From: Lama guanicoe
Lineage: Eukaryota
Direction: 5' to 3'
Assembly (NCBI GenBank): GCA_013239625.1
Contig: MU053513.1
Coordinates: 640,370-704,369 of the forward strand
DNA: 64,000 nucleotides
Shown here: positions 24,416-38,833 of the stretch, in pieces
Numbering within the stretch: position 1 is the stretch's first letter
How the letters are laid out: each line of letters starts with the position of its first letter
Translations under genes and position numbers: made by a program
Notes under the pieces: model-generated
Database searches by the model: none
The model's input: the letters and a program-made list of their open reading frames with translations, nothing else
Told to the model about the DNA's origin: nothing

Positions 24416-26513
24416 AGCAAGTAGCTTTCAAGGTTCCTGCACAGCTTCTTTTTACTTCAACATCTTTCCCTCCTCTCTGTGCCCCAGACGGTGACCCTCT
24501 GCCCCCGATGATTTGGGCTGTGAAGTGGTTAAGCACCAACGTCCCAAGCCCCTTTCTTCAGAAGCGTGTTTAATGTCCTTACATAGAAAATGACAAGGCA
24601 CCCTCCGTGGGGGATCTGTTTTTAGTTGCCTCCAACCAGGAAGTGCCACTTCCACCCTGGAGATCAGCTCGCTTCTTGCTCTCACTTCAGTGTGGGAGAA
24701 AGAACACAGACACAGAGCAGGCTGGAGAGAAAGACTGCAGGGCCAACTTCAAGATAAAAACCGGCTTCTCTGTTAACAAGTAGAGCAGGCAGCCAGCGTT
24801 TTTCTGAGCATCTTGGAGAGGAGCAAGACTTCCTTACTGACTGAATTTAAAGTTCACTTTGAGCATTTGCATTGCAAAGACCTCCAAACCAAATGGCACG
24901 TGAGAATGAGGTCAGGAAAAGCAGAGAAAATCTGCAGGACAGCTCAAGAGAAGTGGGAATAGAGGCTGCAGCTACGCGGATGAGCCGTCCTCACTAGATG
25001 CTCAGAGAGGAGAAAATAAAAGTCAACATCAGAACTTCACCACGTAGCTTTCAAAGTTATTACATACATTGATGTTTAAATAAATAAAATGTACTATACT
25101 CATTTAAAAAAATCTTTAGAGGTTGTATTAAGTCCAGAGCCCTCGGCCCCTGAGAAACAAGTACAGGATATAAGAACATTACAGAAGTATCATATTTAAG
25201 CCTCTGATTATCTAGAAAGAGCAAACTGAATAGTATCCTTAGAGAATCTTGCCTACAGAATGCTGAATTAGGTCTAAGAATGCTACTGTTTGCCTTCGAT
25301 TAGCTGAATTTTTGTCCATCGTGGGTATCCGTAATTAACATCAAAACTGCTAAAGGCTACTGAAAAATTGAACTTAATACTTTTTTTCCTTTTTGGTACC
25401 CTACCACTCAATTTCTCCTTGTCTTGGTAAGATAATACTAATTATTACTACTATTATTTTTATTTCATAAAGCAAAATTAGACCAGTAAACCTAGTCAAA
25501 GAGCAACTCTGGTCCATGTTCCACTGGTATTTCAATTGCTTTTAACTTACAAATGAATAGACACAATTTCTCTGACGCCAGCTTTCCATCCCTTCTCCCC
25601 GTCAGTTTAGGCACTGCTTAAATTTGGGTTCTGTTAGATCTACAGAGTGTAACTTTTCATGCAGTAACATTATGTATCATTTCTTTTTCCCCAGTGCTAA
25701 CTCACTGACTGGAAAACTTAATGAAACATTCACCCTGGCACTGTTACCTGCTTTTTGTCACTTTGAGCCGATAATGCAACATAAACTTTTTTTTTTTAAT
25801 TTTAACACCTATGGATCCGTGGGCTTTAGCAGCCACTGCTGCAAACTTACTGTGAGTGTAAGTCATTCTAAAGCCTTGAGGACTTGGTGTTAACGTTCAA
25901 TAACTGAAACTGAAAAGAGCCTGGCATATCCCTCCAATGAAAATGCTAAGGAATTTCTTTTATATTCACACGCTCAGAGTCTTCTTGATGAATAACACCA
26001 GGGCTCCAGCAAACGTTACCCAAAATCACCTACACTATGACAAAATGAAGGCTGCGGAGTCATTGAAATATTAAATATGAAAGACCTCTAGGATTTCTTT
26101 TCAGCATTCTATGAAAGAGATTAGGAAGTCAGATCTTTATGGTAAGCAATGCATAAAGGACGGTAAAGGTATGTAAGGAGGACATAGGAAAACTCACACA
26201 TCGAGCATGAATTAGGCGGGAGTCAGGTTTCTAAGGGTGAATGGTTCTGCTCCTCTGTTCAAAGTATATCCACCTGCGGTGGATGTAAAACTACAGCATT
26301 TTAGAATGCTGTTTCAAGGCAGAAAAACAGACTGGTTCTCTAATCAGCAGAGCTTCTGGTTTTCATACGCCAAAGGATATCCTTTTTCTGTTTCAGTCAA
26401 AGCGCCCTCTGGAGTTCTTGCTTTTGCCTACGAAGACTGAACTCAGTTAGGTCCAAAGGGAAAACTCCCCTACCCAGTTCCCACGGTCTTTGTATGTTTT
26501 TGTATAGAGGAGA

Positions 26514-27027
26514 TGCTACGGACTCCAAACTCGTTCTGCTCGCCGCACAACAAACCAATAAACCAGGAGGCGAGGTGTTGGGGCAAGGAATAACTACTTT
26601 TTGGAAAGCCAAAAGACCTTGAAGATGACAGACCAATGTCCTAGAGAACCACCTTCCCCAAGTCAGAATTCAGGATCCTTTTAGAATAAAAAGTGGAGGG
26701 GGTGTGGTTAGTTGTTGTAAACTTCTTGGTGTTGGGATCCTTTGTTCCTGCAGCTGTCCACATAGGTCAGGTCACGATGTTCCTGCAAACCTCCAACAAG
26801 ACAAATGTTATTCTCTGTTACGCGACTTTTTATTTCTATATGAATGGGTGTTATACCTTTAAAGGTCAGAGCCTTGAGATTGGACTCTCCTGTGTATTTC
26901 CAGCTGGAGGCGACATTCTTTTACAAAAGGTGCAGAACCAGCATGACTAAGCACCAGGAACAGAGCACAGGGTTAGAGCCAAAGGAACAGATTTAATACG
27001 GAGGCAGCTTTGTTCTTCTCTATTACA
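26514..27027 (-). mobile_element. ERV1 solo LTR (MER41-like cetartiodactyl family)
   Basis: tgctac...attaca termini; 'gttctgctcgccgcacaacaaaccaataa...gtgttggggcaaggaata' is recalled from artiodactyl ERV1 LTRs. Confidence 0.75.
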
Positions 27028-30000
27028 GGATGATGATGACTCCAATTATAAAAATAATACTGTGAATAGAGCAAGTCCATCAGCCAAGCATCTGCAGGCC
27101 TCCGACTTCTGTCTGTACTGTGCTTTTATGCTATTTCCAATGGGGCTTGAATAGAATATTTAGGAAAAAATGTTTCCTCTTCAGAAGCAGAAAGGCCCTT
27201 TCTGATATAGCCTCCTGTAGATCATCTGTTCGCTGGAGGTGATCTCCTCTGCAGCTTGACAGGGAACTGTGACATTACAACGCAGGCCAAAGGAGCATCT
27301 TGCAGCCAGCTCAACGTGCACAGAGCTGGCACGGGCTGAGCAGCCATTTGCCTGTTCGTCTTTTTTTTTTCCTTTTCTCTTTCAGTATCTCTTTCCTTTG
27401 GCTTGTAATGACTTCCACAATATACAATTTTATATTCTGTTTGTAATTTTCCACTGCAGTGATTTCAAAGTTTCAGAATAATCAATTATTGCAAGGATGA
27501 TAAGAAGATAGACAGATAGATATTTGTGCTGGTTTATTTGAAAGTTAAGTTTCACATCAGAGAATTCAGTCTCACAAAAATCTCTCCACAAACCAGTGAA
27601 GCAAGATGCTCTGATCTGGCCGGGACAGAGTTCCACCTTCTTCAACCTGGGCCACCTCTCTGGTTTGTTCTAAGCTTATACCAATCTGTATTTAAAAAAA
27701 AAAAATCAATAATTGTTCTACATTGCTCTCCACAAGGTACAGTGCCAAGGAAAAGCCACGTTTTTGTCTTCGTGACTCGAGAGAGAAAACCCTTTTATTT
27801 TCTTAAATGTAAGACAAAGTTGAATGTAGTTTTCAATAATGACTCTCAAGCTGGTATTAAGTCCTCGAACAGATAAGACCATGATAAGATCAAGAAAGAG
27901 GATATTTAAACATCTGCAGGCCTTTTTGCCTTGTGTCTTTTTTCCTTTTTAAACTTAAGCTTTTAAATCTTGAAAGTTCATGTCCAGTGCCTTGATCAGA
28001 GATGATGAATGAACTACTGAGTTGGAAGAAGATTCTGCTATTATTTTAACCAGTAAACTAACTCAGGGTTAATCTGGGTGTTATTTAACCTATTGAAAGT
28101 GTTTTGAGTGAACATATGGTTTCTATTGTGAAATCAAGGCACAGTTTTAACTATGAATATAGATAATTACCCTTTGGACTTAAAACATTTATACGTGTCA
28201 CGTTGTGTCAGAGCATTTTTCATGGTCAATAGGTTGAAAGGTTATAAAGTTGAAAATGAAAATCAGTACTTTTGAGCAAAGCTCCAGAGCCAGCACAAAT
28301 AATGCAATTCACTACTGCTCTCTCTTGGAAAGAGCTCGTCATAACACTCAGAAAACCAACAATAGCACAGATACAGCAACTGCAAAACGTGCTCTGTTAA
28401 AAACCTAATCTTTGCATTTAGAAATTAAGCCTATATATTTATGAACGTCTCAATGATTGTTTCATCAACTGAATTATACATGATGGATTTTTTTCCCCTA
28501 GTGTAATGGAAAGTAAAGGAGACCATTTTAAAATTATTTGAAAACTTCATGTAAAATGCATCTACGGCAACTCTGTCTTGAACATTTTAATAGAAATGTA
28601 ATTTTTGAACAGATGTTGAACTTTTACAGCAGGGTACAAATTTTGTAAATTGCTCAGCATGATCTCAGTACTTTTGGCCTCAAAAAACAACTCCTTGAAA
28701 TAGAATCAGACAATACTGCAAATACACAGAGGCCTTGTGAATGGATGGATGCCATGGAGTCTCAAAAGAGCATGACGCCCTTGCTACAGAGGAGCAGCAA
28801 CCTTTCAAACAGAGAGAGAGAGAGAGAGATTTTAACTTGCTTTTTGGCAAATGTCTATTTTTTTTTTTAATGAATTAACTTCGGAGCTGCACCCATTTCA
28901 CACTGGCTTGTAATGATAGCCTGTCTTACAGTGAATGACGTATTACAAACAAGAAAAGGCTAAGGCAGTTGCTCCTTCTAGCCTTTTACCTTTCAAATGA
29001 CACATTTCTGAGGACAAAGACAAAGTCTGGAGTGCCTTCGGTTTTAGTAGAAAGGGAAGGTACATGCACTGTTTCTGACATGAGCTTTGTTTTGCTCAAA
29101 CTGTTTGGAACCATTGCTATCAGATGACTGTCATTTTAAAGCTCTCATAGGCAGTGTTTTACAGGAATGCTGTTCCAGTGCTTCAAGATGCCGAAAGAGA
29201 AACGCAACTAATGATGAAATACTTCGAAACATAAGAGCTTATGACAACGATAGATACCAGGTTTCCATTATGCTAGACTGACAACCAATTCTGAAACAAG
29301 TAGTCTCTGTTGATAAATACACTGACATTCATTTTCCAACAACAAACACCATGTAAGCCTGTGTTGATATGTGTATAGCCATCTGTATGTATACATTATT
29401 TCCATCTTTAAAATTAAATTTTAGGATCCCTACATTTGTTGCTATTATGATCAGAGGGTTCTTTTCAGAACCATTCTTGCCCTAAGAAAACTGAGACGCT
29501 GGTCAGACATATTCCACCCGAGAAGGTAAAGGCAAACAACTGAACTTGAAGAGACTGTGATAGGCTCTGAATAAATACCGAAATTGTTCTTTAAACCCAC
29601 AGTGACAGGAAACATTCAAGACGTACACTTCTGCTTGTAATTCAGATCACCGTTAAATATGCCCCCAGAAGTTGAAGCAACAAAGATGGGAGTGGGGTCT
29701 GGGGTAGAACCCCAGTTTTGTCAATAGTGGGTGAGCAGGTAAACCAACAGTTTATGAGAAACTAGAGATTTGTTAAAGGACTATCACCATTTTCTCAACC
29801 AAAAATTGTTTGCTGCTCCCCGACCACACAGACTTTTTAAATTGCCTTTTTATTAGCTCCCTTTCACAGGCAAATAGAGACCGAGGAGATAACGTGCTTT
29901 GACACACAGACTTTTCAAAAAGAGCTCCATGATTAACAATTTCCAAGCCACCGAATGCACTGCTCATCATAGAGACAAGTTCGAATGTCGTACTGCTACC

Positions 30001-33000
30001 GTGAGGTTGAACGACTTCACGCTCCATCGTTTTGTGATTTTGAAAATGATAATATTTAAATAGAAAACAAGAAGGATTTTGGATGCTGGGATAAGCTGCA
30101 AAATATCAGAATATTTAGAACTATTCTGCTCAGTTATTTATGTGGTAGGTCCTTTCATGTAATTTTTGAATTTGCATTTTTATTATGCATATAAAGCTTA
30201 TTTTTCCCAATAACCTGATAGTATTCCCTACCTGCCCCCAAACTGTCAGTCTTTTACAAGTGAGACGATTTGAGGAGGATGCATCTAAAACTGTGTATTG
30301 TTGTGTATAATAATAATATGTACAAGGTATTTTTAAGTAAAAAAAACATTTCACACTATCTTTAAATGTTTTTTATAGAAATGGTGCTTCTATTAAGTTT
30401 CCAAACTGCCTATCTTCCCTTTTTTTTATATTCATGAAATATGTAAAGTATTCTTACCCTAATATTTCTCAATTTCTGCTCTTGAAAGAGTAAGAGAATA
30501 AAAAGAACATAGGTTCAGCTCAGGCAGAAAGAAGTTTCCTAGCAAAAGTATACATTGTTTGAATTATAGAAGAGAATTGATTTATGTATCATCCCTTCAA
30601 TGCATTATTATTATTATTTTTACTTTTTTATTATTAGACTCCGATGATAAATGCATATATTTACATACCATTGGTAGCTTTGCATATTATTTATAGGCTA
30701 GTGCTTGAAACACAGTGTCCGGTCAGTACGTCTTAGTGGTTATTGTTTATGCACTAATTCACGTATTGGACAAACATTCCTAGAGCTCTCACTGTGGTAT
30801 TCAAGGTAAACTAGAGCAACACCATTTTCCTTCACGGATTTTGCAACCTACAATGTATTGTCAACTTAACCTTAACACGTTTCTATTTTAAGACAGTTGG
30901 CCATGTTTCTGGGATAACTCCAGAGTAGTGATGCAAAGCAATGGAGGAATATATCCAACCCTCTCCATGATCTTTCCCTTCGCAAGAGTCTTCACAGGTT
31001 CTAATGAGCCCCTTTCCAAAGTCAAGTCATTTCACATTTCACCCAAGCCCTGGCAGATACTCATCACAACCTGGAACGCAACCTTGTGCTGTTTAAATAA
31101 ACCAGGGCTCAAGTCAGAGTTCAGAAGGAAAACCACACCCCCTCCACTTTTTATTATAAAAGGATCCTGAATTCTGACTTGGTGTGACAGATTGAAATCA
31201 TGTTTGAATTATGAATGTGTGTCACTTCATTTCAATCACTAATATATTTGAAAAAGAAGAAATTAACTGGAAGAAATGCAAGCTTTCTCATAGGCATAAT
31301 AACTGTCATAGGAAAGACATCTCTGGCGGTCTAAGTCTAATTTTGAAATTACTCATGCCTTCCAAAATAACAATTCTAATTACAGTCACTTCAATTTTAT
31401 TTCAAAAAGAAAGAAAAAACAATAATCTCTAAGCACTAACATAACATCAATACTGTTCATTTCTTTTTCTCTAGAAATGATTCTAATATTAGTATGATGA
31501 TATAGAACTTTGAAGAAATCCAGAATATATCCTTTTTAAAATAATTTTACCAATACTGATGTGGGTTTGTTTAAATGCCCTTACTATGGTCCCATTTCTG
31601 TACTCTTACACTTGGCCTCACGGGACAAGACACAGGCAGATCATGATGTAATACGGTGCAATGAAAGTTATTAAAAGTGGTAAAATAAAATGCTACGTGT
31701 GAACCATGGTCATGGGCGCTTTCTGTGTTTTCACAGGTGTAAGTCTTTTCCAGGAATTTCCTTAAGTTTAGTGAATGTTTTTTTATGAATTCTTAATAAA
31801 TGTTTCAATATTCATTAAAATTGTAATAAGGACTATTTTAAAAGTCAGCTGTGTCACCTCTCTCCCCAAGGAAAGAAAGCACCGGGAATATCAGGTAACT
31901 GTGTCACTCAGCCTCAGTGACGGGGTCAGCCTTATAAACAGATCTTAAAGTGCTAAAATATTTCTTGTAATATCTAGTATTTGTCTGTCATTGCACTTCC
32001 AAGAAGCTTATAAACTTTATGGAAATGATCTCATTAACTGATCTACCATCGCTCAGAAATAGGTATGGGGTAAAGTATTTCAACTACTGCTTGAGTCCAA
32101 CTTCTGGTGGCAAATCATACTTAGCGCTCAAACAAGTGCTGGTGTATTTTTCAGTCCTTACATTTAAAAAGTACTTGCATATATTATTTGCTTAAATAAA
32201 ACATTCTATTCCAGGTAGACTGAAATTAGGTTAGAGCATCAAATCCAAGCTTGAAGGGGTGTTTTAAATGTGTCAAAAGCCGTCCTTTGCATCAGTCACT
32301 ACTTTTACTCATTTGGATTTCTTGCCAGTTACCTTAGTTGAAATTGAAAAAGTAAGTGTTCACTACACTGTTAAATTAAAATCAGGATTGCAACCATGTC
32401 AACTGGTCTGCAAATTGTGTGAAACACATTGTCATTTTTGATCTTAGAAAAGTGTTCACTCTGTAAAGGATAGTGGCCCTTCATACTAACTGTTTCCAAA
32501 GTGAGTGGAAAGAACAGGGTGTAAGCCACACATTATTAATGGAAAATGCATTTTTTTACTTATAAAAGAAGAGTATCTCTACAAAAAAATGTATAGCAAG
32601 TGTCTAAATGCCCAATTGGCTTTTATTATTACCAGAAATGTGCATATAAACTAATTTTGCAGGTGGACTCACTGCACCTGCTTTTCAAATGACAGTCCTT
32701 AATGAACTGTCTTCTTCCGAAATATGTGCAGTCATAAATATGTAGGCCTTGTGTCAGTTTTGAGACAACTGGCCCTGTCCTACTTAAATATTAAAGTACA
32801 AGGGTCAGGTCTCCTTTAGCTGTCTTTAGTATAGCCAAGTAATGAGTCAGGGCTTAATGAGAGCAAGGAAATGGAGCCCACTTAAAAAAGGTAAAAAAAA
32901 AAATTTACAAATGCATCTTACTCCCCTTGCTCTCAATGAAAATTCTACATGAAACAGGTGAATGAGATCAATTTCTAGCCATTGCAATTTCTACACTTCA

Positions 33001-33039
33001 GATACTTAGAATCTGTGAGCCTTAGAATTTAACTCTCCT

Positions 33040-33180
33040 AAATTCTGCTTTATATCCTATCCAGTTTTATGTTTCACAGCAGAGGAGACAGATCTAGAGA
33101 AAATGAGTAATTCTTCCTACATCACACAAATAACTAGTGACTCAATGTGCCTGGCTCTCTGGACATCCAACTCAGTAATC
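33040..33180 (-). mobile_element. MIR fragment
   Basis: 'tttcacagcagaggagacagatctagagaaaatgagtaattcttcctacatcacac'. Confidence 0.5.
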
Positions 33181-34932
33181 GTTGGTTTGTTTGCTTATTT
33201 AGTAATAGTTACAGCAGTGGATTTAGCTAGGAAAAAGTTTGGCTGCAAATTTTTTTTTCGTAGTAAAAACAGGATTTTCTATGCTTTTAACAAGATAGAA
33301 TTCCTGATTGATTATAAATTTTATATTCATTCTCAGAAATTTAATTCTTAAAATGTACTTCAACATGCTGTAAAAAAAAGATGTATTTTTAGAAATGTGT
33401 GCCACTTAATTCCTGTTAATTTTCTATAGCAGACGGTACAAGTATTTGATTTATGCACTCACCTTCACGTGGCCTGCTAATTGTTAGCTTTTTTTTTTTT
33501 AATCTGAGGACATATTTTTGTTCATCACTGAAACCTTACCTGCCTTTTCTGCTACATAAAATATTATTTCTAGGGAGGAAAAAAAAGAGGGAAATTTTCA
33601 TGTTATTGAAATTGAGCACGATTTGGTGATTAATTGCATTGTTCTCATTACGTTCTGTGCCTGATGTTCAGGGCTCATTACTGCAGTGTGAATTCAACGG
33701 GAACAGGGATCTCAGCCAGGTGTGGGTTATTAAAGTGACAGTGCTCAATTTGAAATTGTTAAAGGAGGTGTATCAAAGTTGATATGCTTAACTATGTTCT
33801 TCTAGAAAGAAAAGTAGTGCTTGCTCAGGAAAATCACTCACATCCATCATGTGACAAAGAGATTTCCAACTCTTCCTTCCTTGGGTAGAGCAGGAGGGCA
33901 CGCTCAATCTGTGTCTGCTCTAGCAGCTTTAAAACGGATGCAGGAATGTCGTTTATTAAAAAGCATACTTTTTGCTATTTATAAAATCATTCATCTCTCA
34001 ACTCCCCCAAAGGAGATGTTTTCCTTGACTTATAAGAAAATACAGTATAGGCTGAGAGAGCACAAGAAATATTAGTCTCTAATTACAATCAATTTAATAC
34101 AAGTTTTAAAAATATTCTTAAAACTTTATTCACGCTAACTAGATTAAAGATGCGCTAACTTCTTCAGAGAGATGCAAGTGTGCTCAGTAATCAATTGGAA
34201 GGGAAGTTTCATTCAATTCTTCGTATCTTTAAGTAGTTCCATTATAACAACATCAAGGGTAGTCTCTACCAATAGACCTGAGATTATAGTGATGCAAATA
34301 CATGTCAGCTCCAGGTTAGAGAGGTCCCCATAACCACCTGGTGGTAATAATTTCTGGCTCTTACTGTTAGATCAAACACAAGCCTGGCACAAGTCAGAAA
34401 CTAAAATAGATGGACATAAATTGAGAGTTTGGGGGAAAAACATTACATTGCATAGATTTTGACAGTTTATGAAGCAATTCATAATCCAATCTTACACAAA
34501 CTCTTTTTGAGCCAGGTACAATGGTTTCCATTTTACACATACACAAACTCAAGTTCAAAAAGAATGAATTTCTTGCACCAGATCCTATGTCTAGTTAATG
34601 GTAGAATGTGGATTGCCACTCTTCTTCTGACTTCCTCCATTGTTTCTCCATGGATTGTTCATAAGTGGTTAAAGCAACTTTTTGCAAAGATATATAACCT
34701 TTGAGCATGCAGTTGACATATTTGCCATCTTATTGTCTCTTACAGGGGTACTGAAAATTAGTGAAGGGTCAAATGATATTTTGCTGTGATTTCTCAGCAA
34801 TTGAAGAATGGCGAAGGAAACCATCAAATGCCTCTGTGTTACCAGGAAAAAAGGAAAGAAAAATTAAGCTTAAACAGAATAAAATTTGGAAAAACATTAG
34901 TTTATATTGATTTTTGTACCACAAACTTGTTT

Positions 34933-35483
34933 TGTTACCCCAAAAAGGGAAGGGAAAAACCCCTATTCTTGTCCTCTCCAAAAGATAAGAATTCAAATGG
35001 GAGACGGAAGCATTGTGTAGTGAAAGATTTTTAAAGGTTTTATTCGCAAAGGAAAAGTGCACCTCCAAGAACGGCAGGCAGGCTGATCCAAGGGTGGACA
35101 GCAATGGTCTTTGATTGCCTATTCTCTTATACCCTCGCTTAGAGGTGGTCTCTTGATTGATTGAAGGCTCTTGCCCTGCTTAGTCATACTCGTCCCCTTT
35201 TGCGTGTGTCCTTACCCATGATGACATAGAAAAATCCGTGTGGGGCGAGTGGGCCTAAACCGCAATGTTGATTATATTACAATGAGCATTGAGTCCTGTC
35301 TGGTTAAGTCTTTGTTGCTACATTGCAGTTGTGGCTGTCCAGTTCTAACCAGTTTCTTGCAGGCACTCATTTAGAGAAAGTAAAGCCCCTTTGTGCTGAA
35401 GACCAGTATATCACCATCTTCTGGACCATCCTCCCTCTCCTCCACCTCCTGCCTGCTATCCCCAATGATCTAACTACCTAAGA
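34933..35483 (-). mobile_element. ERV1-type solo LTR, 551 bp
   Basis: Starts tgttacc and ends cctaaga (degenerate ..aaca), with 4-bp TSD gttt at 34929-34932 and 35484-35487. 'ttttatt' at about 35037 is an antisense polyA signal. GC/CpG content steps up relative to the flanks. Confidence 0.8.
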
Positions 35484-35959
35484 GTTTTACTGTTGAGTAT
35501 AGAAATTTATGTGATTTGACAATGAAAAGTTTCTATTCGTTAAAAAGACAATACTGGTTGGTGAAAAGGAAATGACCAACTTTCAGCTGGTTTTAATTAT
35601 ATTTGATTAGATGAGTTCATATCACAGTGATTTGGCTCAACTGTCACAACAGAGAAAGAATAAGATGGGGAAATTACCAAGTAATGGTGGAGAAGGGGAG
35701 CTATTCGGGGGAAATGTGAACATTTTTGTACATATCATTAAAAGTATACCAAGCCTTTGTTGAGTATACCACTACTTTGTACACAGCAGAATAATGTTAC
35801 TCATAACATATGAAATTTAGAGCATTCTGAGGTCCAAAGCAGTTGAATATTATCCATTTCACAAGGCTCAAATTACCAGCAGAAGCAGAGGCCATGTATT
35901 TCAGGCTCTGGATATCTGAGCCTGAGAGCAAATATAAACACATACCACAGATCCAACCC

Positions 35960-36130
35960 TTGGCCAGATAATTTATTTGCCTTTTGAACCTCAGTTTCTT
36001 TGCCTACAAAGTGAGGACAGCGGTAGAACCTATACTGAAGGCTCTCAGGAAGACAAATAAGATGAAACACGTCAAACATTCAGTGCTGTCCCTGCCAGAT
36101 ATCGATGACACAGTACATGCTAACTGTTAT
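35960..36130 (+). mobile_element. MIR fragment
   Basis: 'tgaacctcagtttctttgcctacaaagtgagg...ataagatgaaacacgtcaaaca'. Confidence 0.7.
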
Positions 36131-36489
36131 TATCATAGGTCCATGTATATACTAAGATTCTGTAGGCAGTTGGGAGAGAAAAAAAAGGTATATGATCCAG
36201 AGTCAAATGCTCAATTAGGTAACTGTTATTACAAATACAGAGAAAGGAGCTAGGAGGTAAAATACCTTGCGTGCAGGAGGAGTTGGAAGAAATCCAGGAA
36301 GCGCTTCATTAGAGAGTGGCCTTAAGCCATACATGGGCCTTTAAAAACCTGAAGGATCTGGAGTAGGCATGGGCAGCCTGGGGTAGATGACTCCAGTTAA
36401 CATGACAGCACGGATATCTTAGGTATTGCATTTGACAGCTAGTAAACCTGCTGTCTGAAGAGTGGTGCACAAAAATGTAGCTAAAAGGA

Positions 36490-36705
36490 AGCATATTTAT
36501 TGAGCACAAACTTCAGCCAAGCACTGTTGCAAGTGCTTTATCACTGTCACATCAAATATTTGTAACAATCCCATGAGGAAGTCGGTATCCCCATTTTCCA
36601 GATGCAAAAAAGGCAGAGCAGAGAGATTATGTAAACTGCCTAAGACTGAACACTCAGTAAGTGGCAAAGCTGGGAAAGAGTCCCAAGTTCATGTTCTTAA
36701 TCAAT
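36490..36705 (-). mobile_element. MIR
   Basis: 'catatttattgagcac...ccccattttccagatgcaaaaaaggcagag...agtaagtggcaaagctggg'. Confidence 0.75.
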
Positions 36706-38134
36706 AAATCATACGGTGTTTTGGGTTTCTGTAATTCAAAGCTACGTCCCATGGTGGGTCGGGAACATGGCACTATTTGGTTTAAAAAAATGTTCTGATG
36801 CCTGGGAGGGTAATAGCCTTCAGCAACAGGAAAAAAGATATCAACTACCTAAAATTTCAATTTTATCACGTCAACCTCGTCCTTTAGAGTGAAAAATGTG
36901 GCATTTGCTCAGTTATAACTTGACTGAACTAGCAAAGGAGAAACATTTGAAAGAGTCTATGAAAATTCTACCTACAGTCATCGTGTTAAAAAAGTTTGTG
37001 TCTGGCAAATCATATTTATATTTTCTTCCTATAAAAATAATAACTATGTGGAAACTTGGGTGTTGGAACTTAGCTATGTCTGAAAATTGATTTCATTGTG
37101 GCTAAACCTATCTGCTTCACCATTTACACCTCATCCCAACTTGGAATAATTTCTAGTTTATTTATTTTACATGGAAAACATACACTAAAATGATGGGTTA
37201 AATATAAAAAGTGGTTCAGATATTGGAGATCTGCAAAGTTCTATTGAGTTCTCAAATAACTCCTGATTTTCCAGATGCAATTTATTCAATTTATCCTTAT
37301 TATCCACACTTTATCCCTTCAACAAGAGGTCTTCAGGCCATTTTACGGTCCTGTGCATATTAGCACTTCTAATAGAGGTTGGATAAAAAGTGAGAGGAGA
37401 GAAGGTGAAATTTAAATCAGCTCATTTTGCTGCTACTTGATTAGTTTTAAACTGAATCTTTTGACTGGGGCTGAAAATTAGCAGCTCTAATGGAAGTCTG
37501 ATTTATTTTTGATGTAACATATCCATTTTTTGCCCTTTCTTTATGCAGCTATGTCAGAGTTTACTTGGTCCCATGGTACCTTCCACCAGCCTATGCTTGG
37601 GCATGTTCGAGGAAGTGGAAGTGTTCGGTGGGTTTATAATAAAGAGGTCTGTGCTTTTGAATGTTATATTCAGTTATATACAAGGCTGCCACTCACAAAT
37701 GGCTCACCGAACTTCAAGTCGGCAAGTATTTCTACCCAGATTGCATGTGACGACTCTTTCGTCCTGTGACTTCTTAGATTCATTTCCATTTGTCTGCCTC
37801 TCCATTTCTCAACCTTCCCTGACACCCCAGATCTCACATTGCCACATTTTTGCACATTCTGCTCTCTCTGTTTGCACTAATTCTCAGCCTAGCACACACC
37901 CATGTATCTGTCAAACGTCTGCTCCAATAATGCCTTTTCTAATTAGCCAGGATATTGACTGTTCTTCCTCTGGACTCCCATCAGATTCTGTTCACACTAT
38001 TTATTATTTATTGTGTTAATCTATCTCCCGCGTTAGAACGTGAGTTCCTTTAGAGTATAAAATGCACTGTATGATAGCTCAGGGTCTGGCACAGAGTAAA
38101 AACCCACCACAAGTTCTCTGAATAAAAGTTAACA

Positions 38135-38372
38135 CAGCTAACATGTCTGAGTGTTTCCTGTGTCAGATGCCGTGGGTCAGTCAGGCAACTTACATGGATG
38201 ACTCGTTTTCTTCTCAATTCAACTCTAGGAATTAGGTACTATTATTATCCCTGTTTTCAGATGAGAAAACTGAAACACAAGGAGATGAAGTAAATTGCCC
38301 AAGGTCACTCAGTGGACAAGTAGCAAGGCCAGGGATTTCACCCATAGTAATGACTTCAGAGTCTGCACTCAC
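38135..38372 (-). mobile_element. MIR (flanked by L2 fragments at about 37850-38125 and 38390-38770)
   Basis: 'tactattattatccctgttttcagatgagaaaactgaaacacaaggagatgaagtaaattgcccaaggtcac' is the MIR core. Confidence 0.85.
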
Positions 38373-38833
38373 TGCATATGGCCATTCTGAGTGGATGAAG
38401 AAATGTATGAATCACTGAATGATTTAATTTCATGTGCAAACCCTGCTTATGCATACATAAAGGTCTGATTGCCTCATTTATTTTCTGAGCATATATCATA
38501 TGCTAGATATAGAAGACACAACTGCTGCCTCCAAAAAACTCAAACAAGAAATAGACATGATGTTAATAATGGGTGAAAAGCTGTTATAGATATTTTTATA
38601 CCAAAAGCAATAGAAATATAACAGTGAGTGGCTAGTCTTAACACGATTTGGAGTAGTAGAAACTTTATGGATAACACTGAAGTCTTAGACGCTGAGAAGG
38701 TTTTAACAGATGAGAAACAGAGGCAGGGAACATCTGGTGGAGGGACGCTAAGAACAAAACATCAGTGTTCAAGTCAGTTTAAGATAGAAATACAAATAAA
38801 ACTAAATAACACTGACCACAGAAAGTCACTTAC

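Noticed and set aside
37543..38019. Longest ORF (158 aa) and other ORF-track entries
   Set aside because: No recognisable domain, composition typical of non-coding DNA, and partial overlap with L2 remnants. The ORFs at 10463, 44218 and 63127 are L1-derived.
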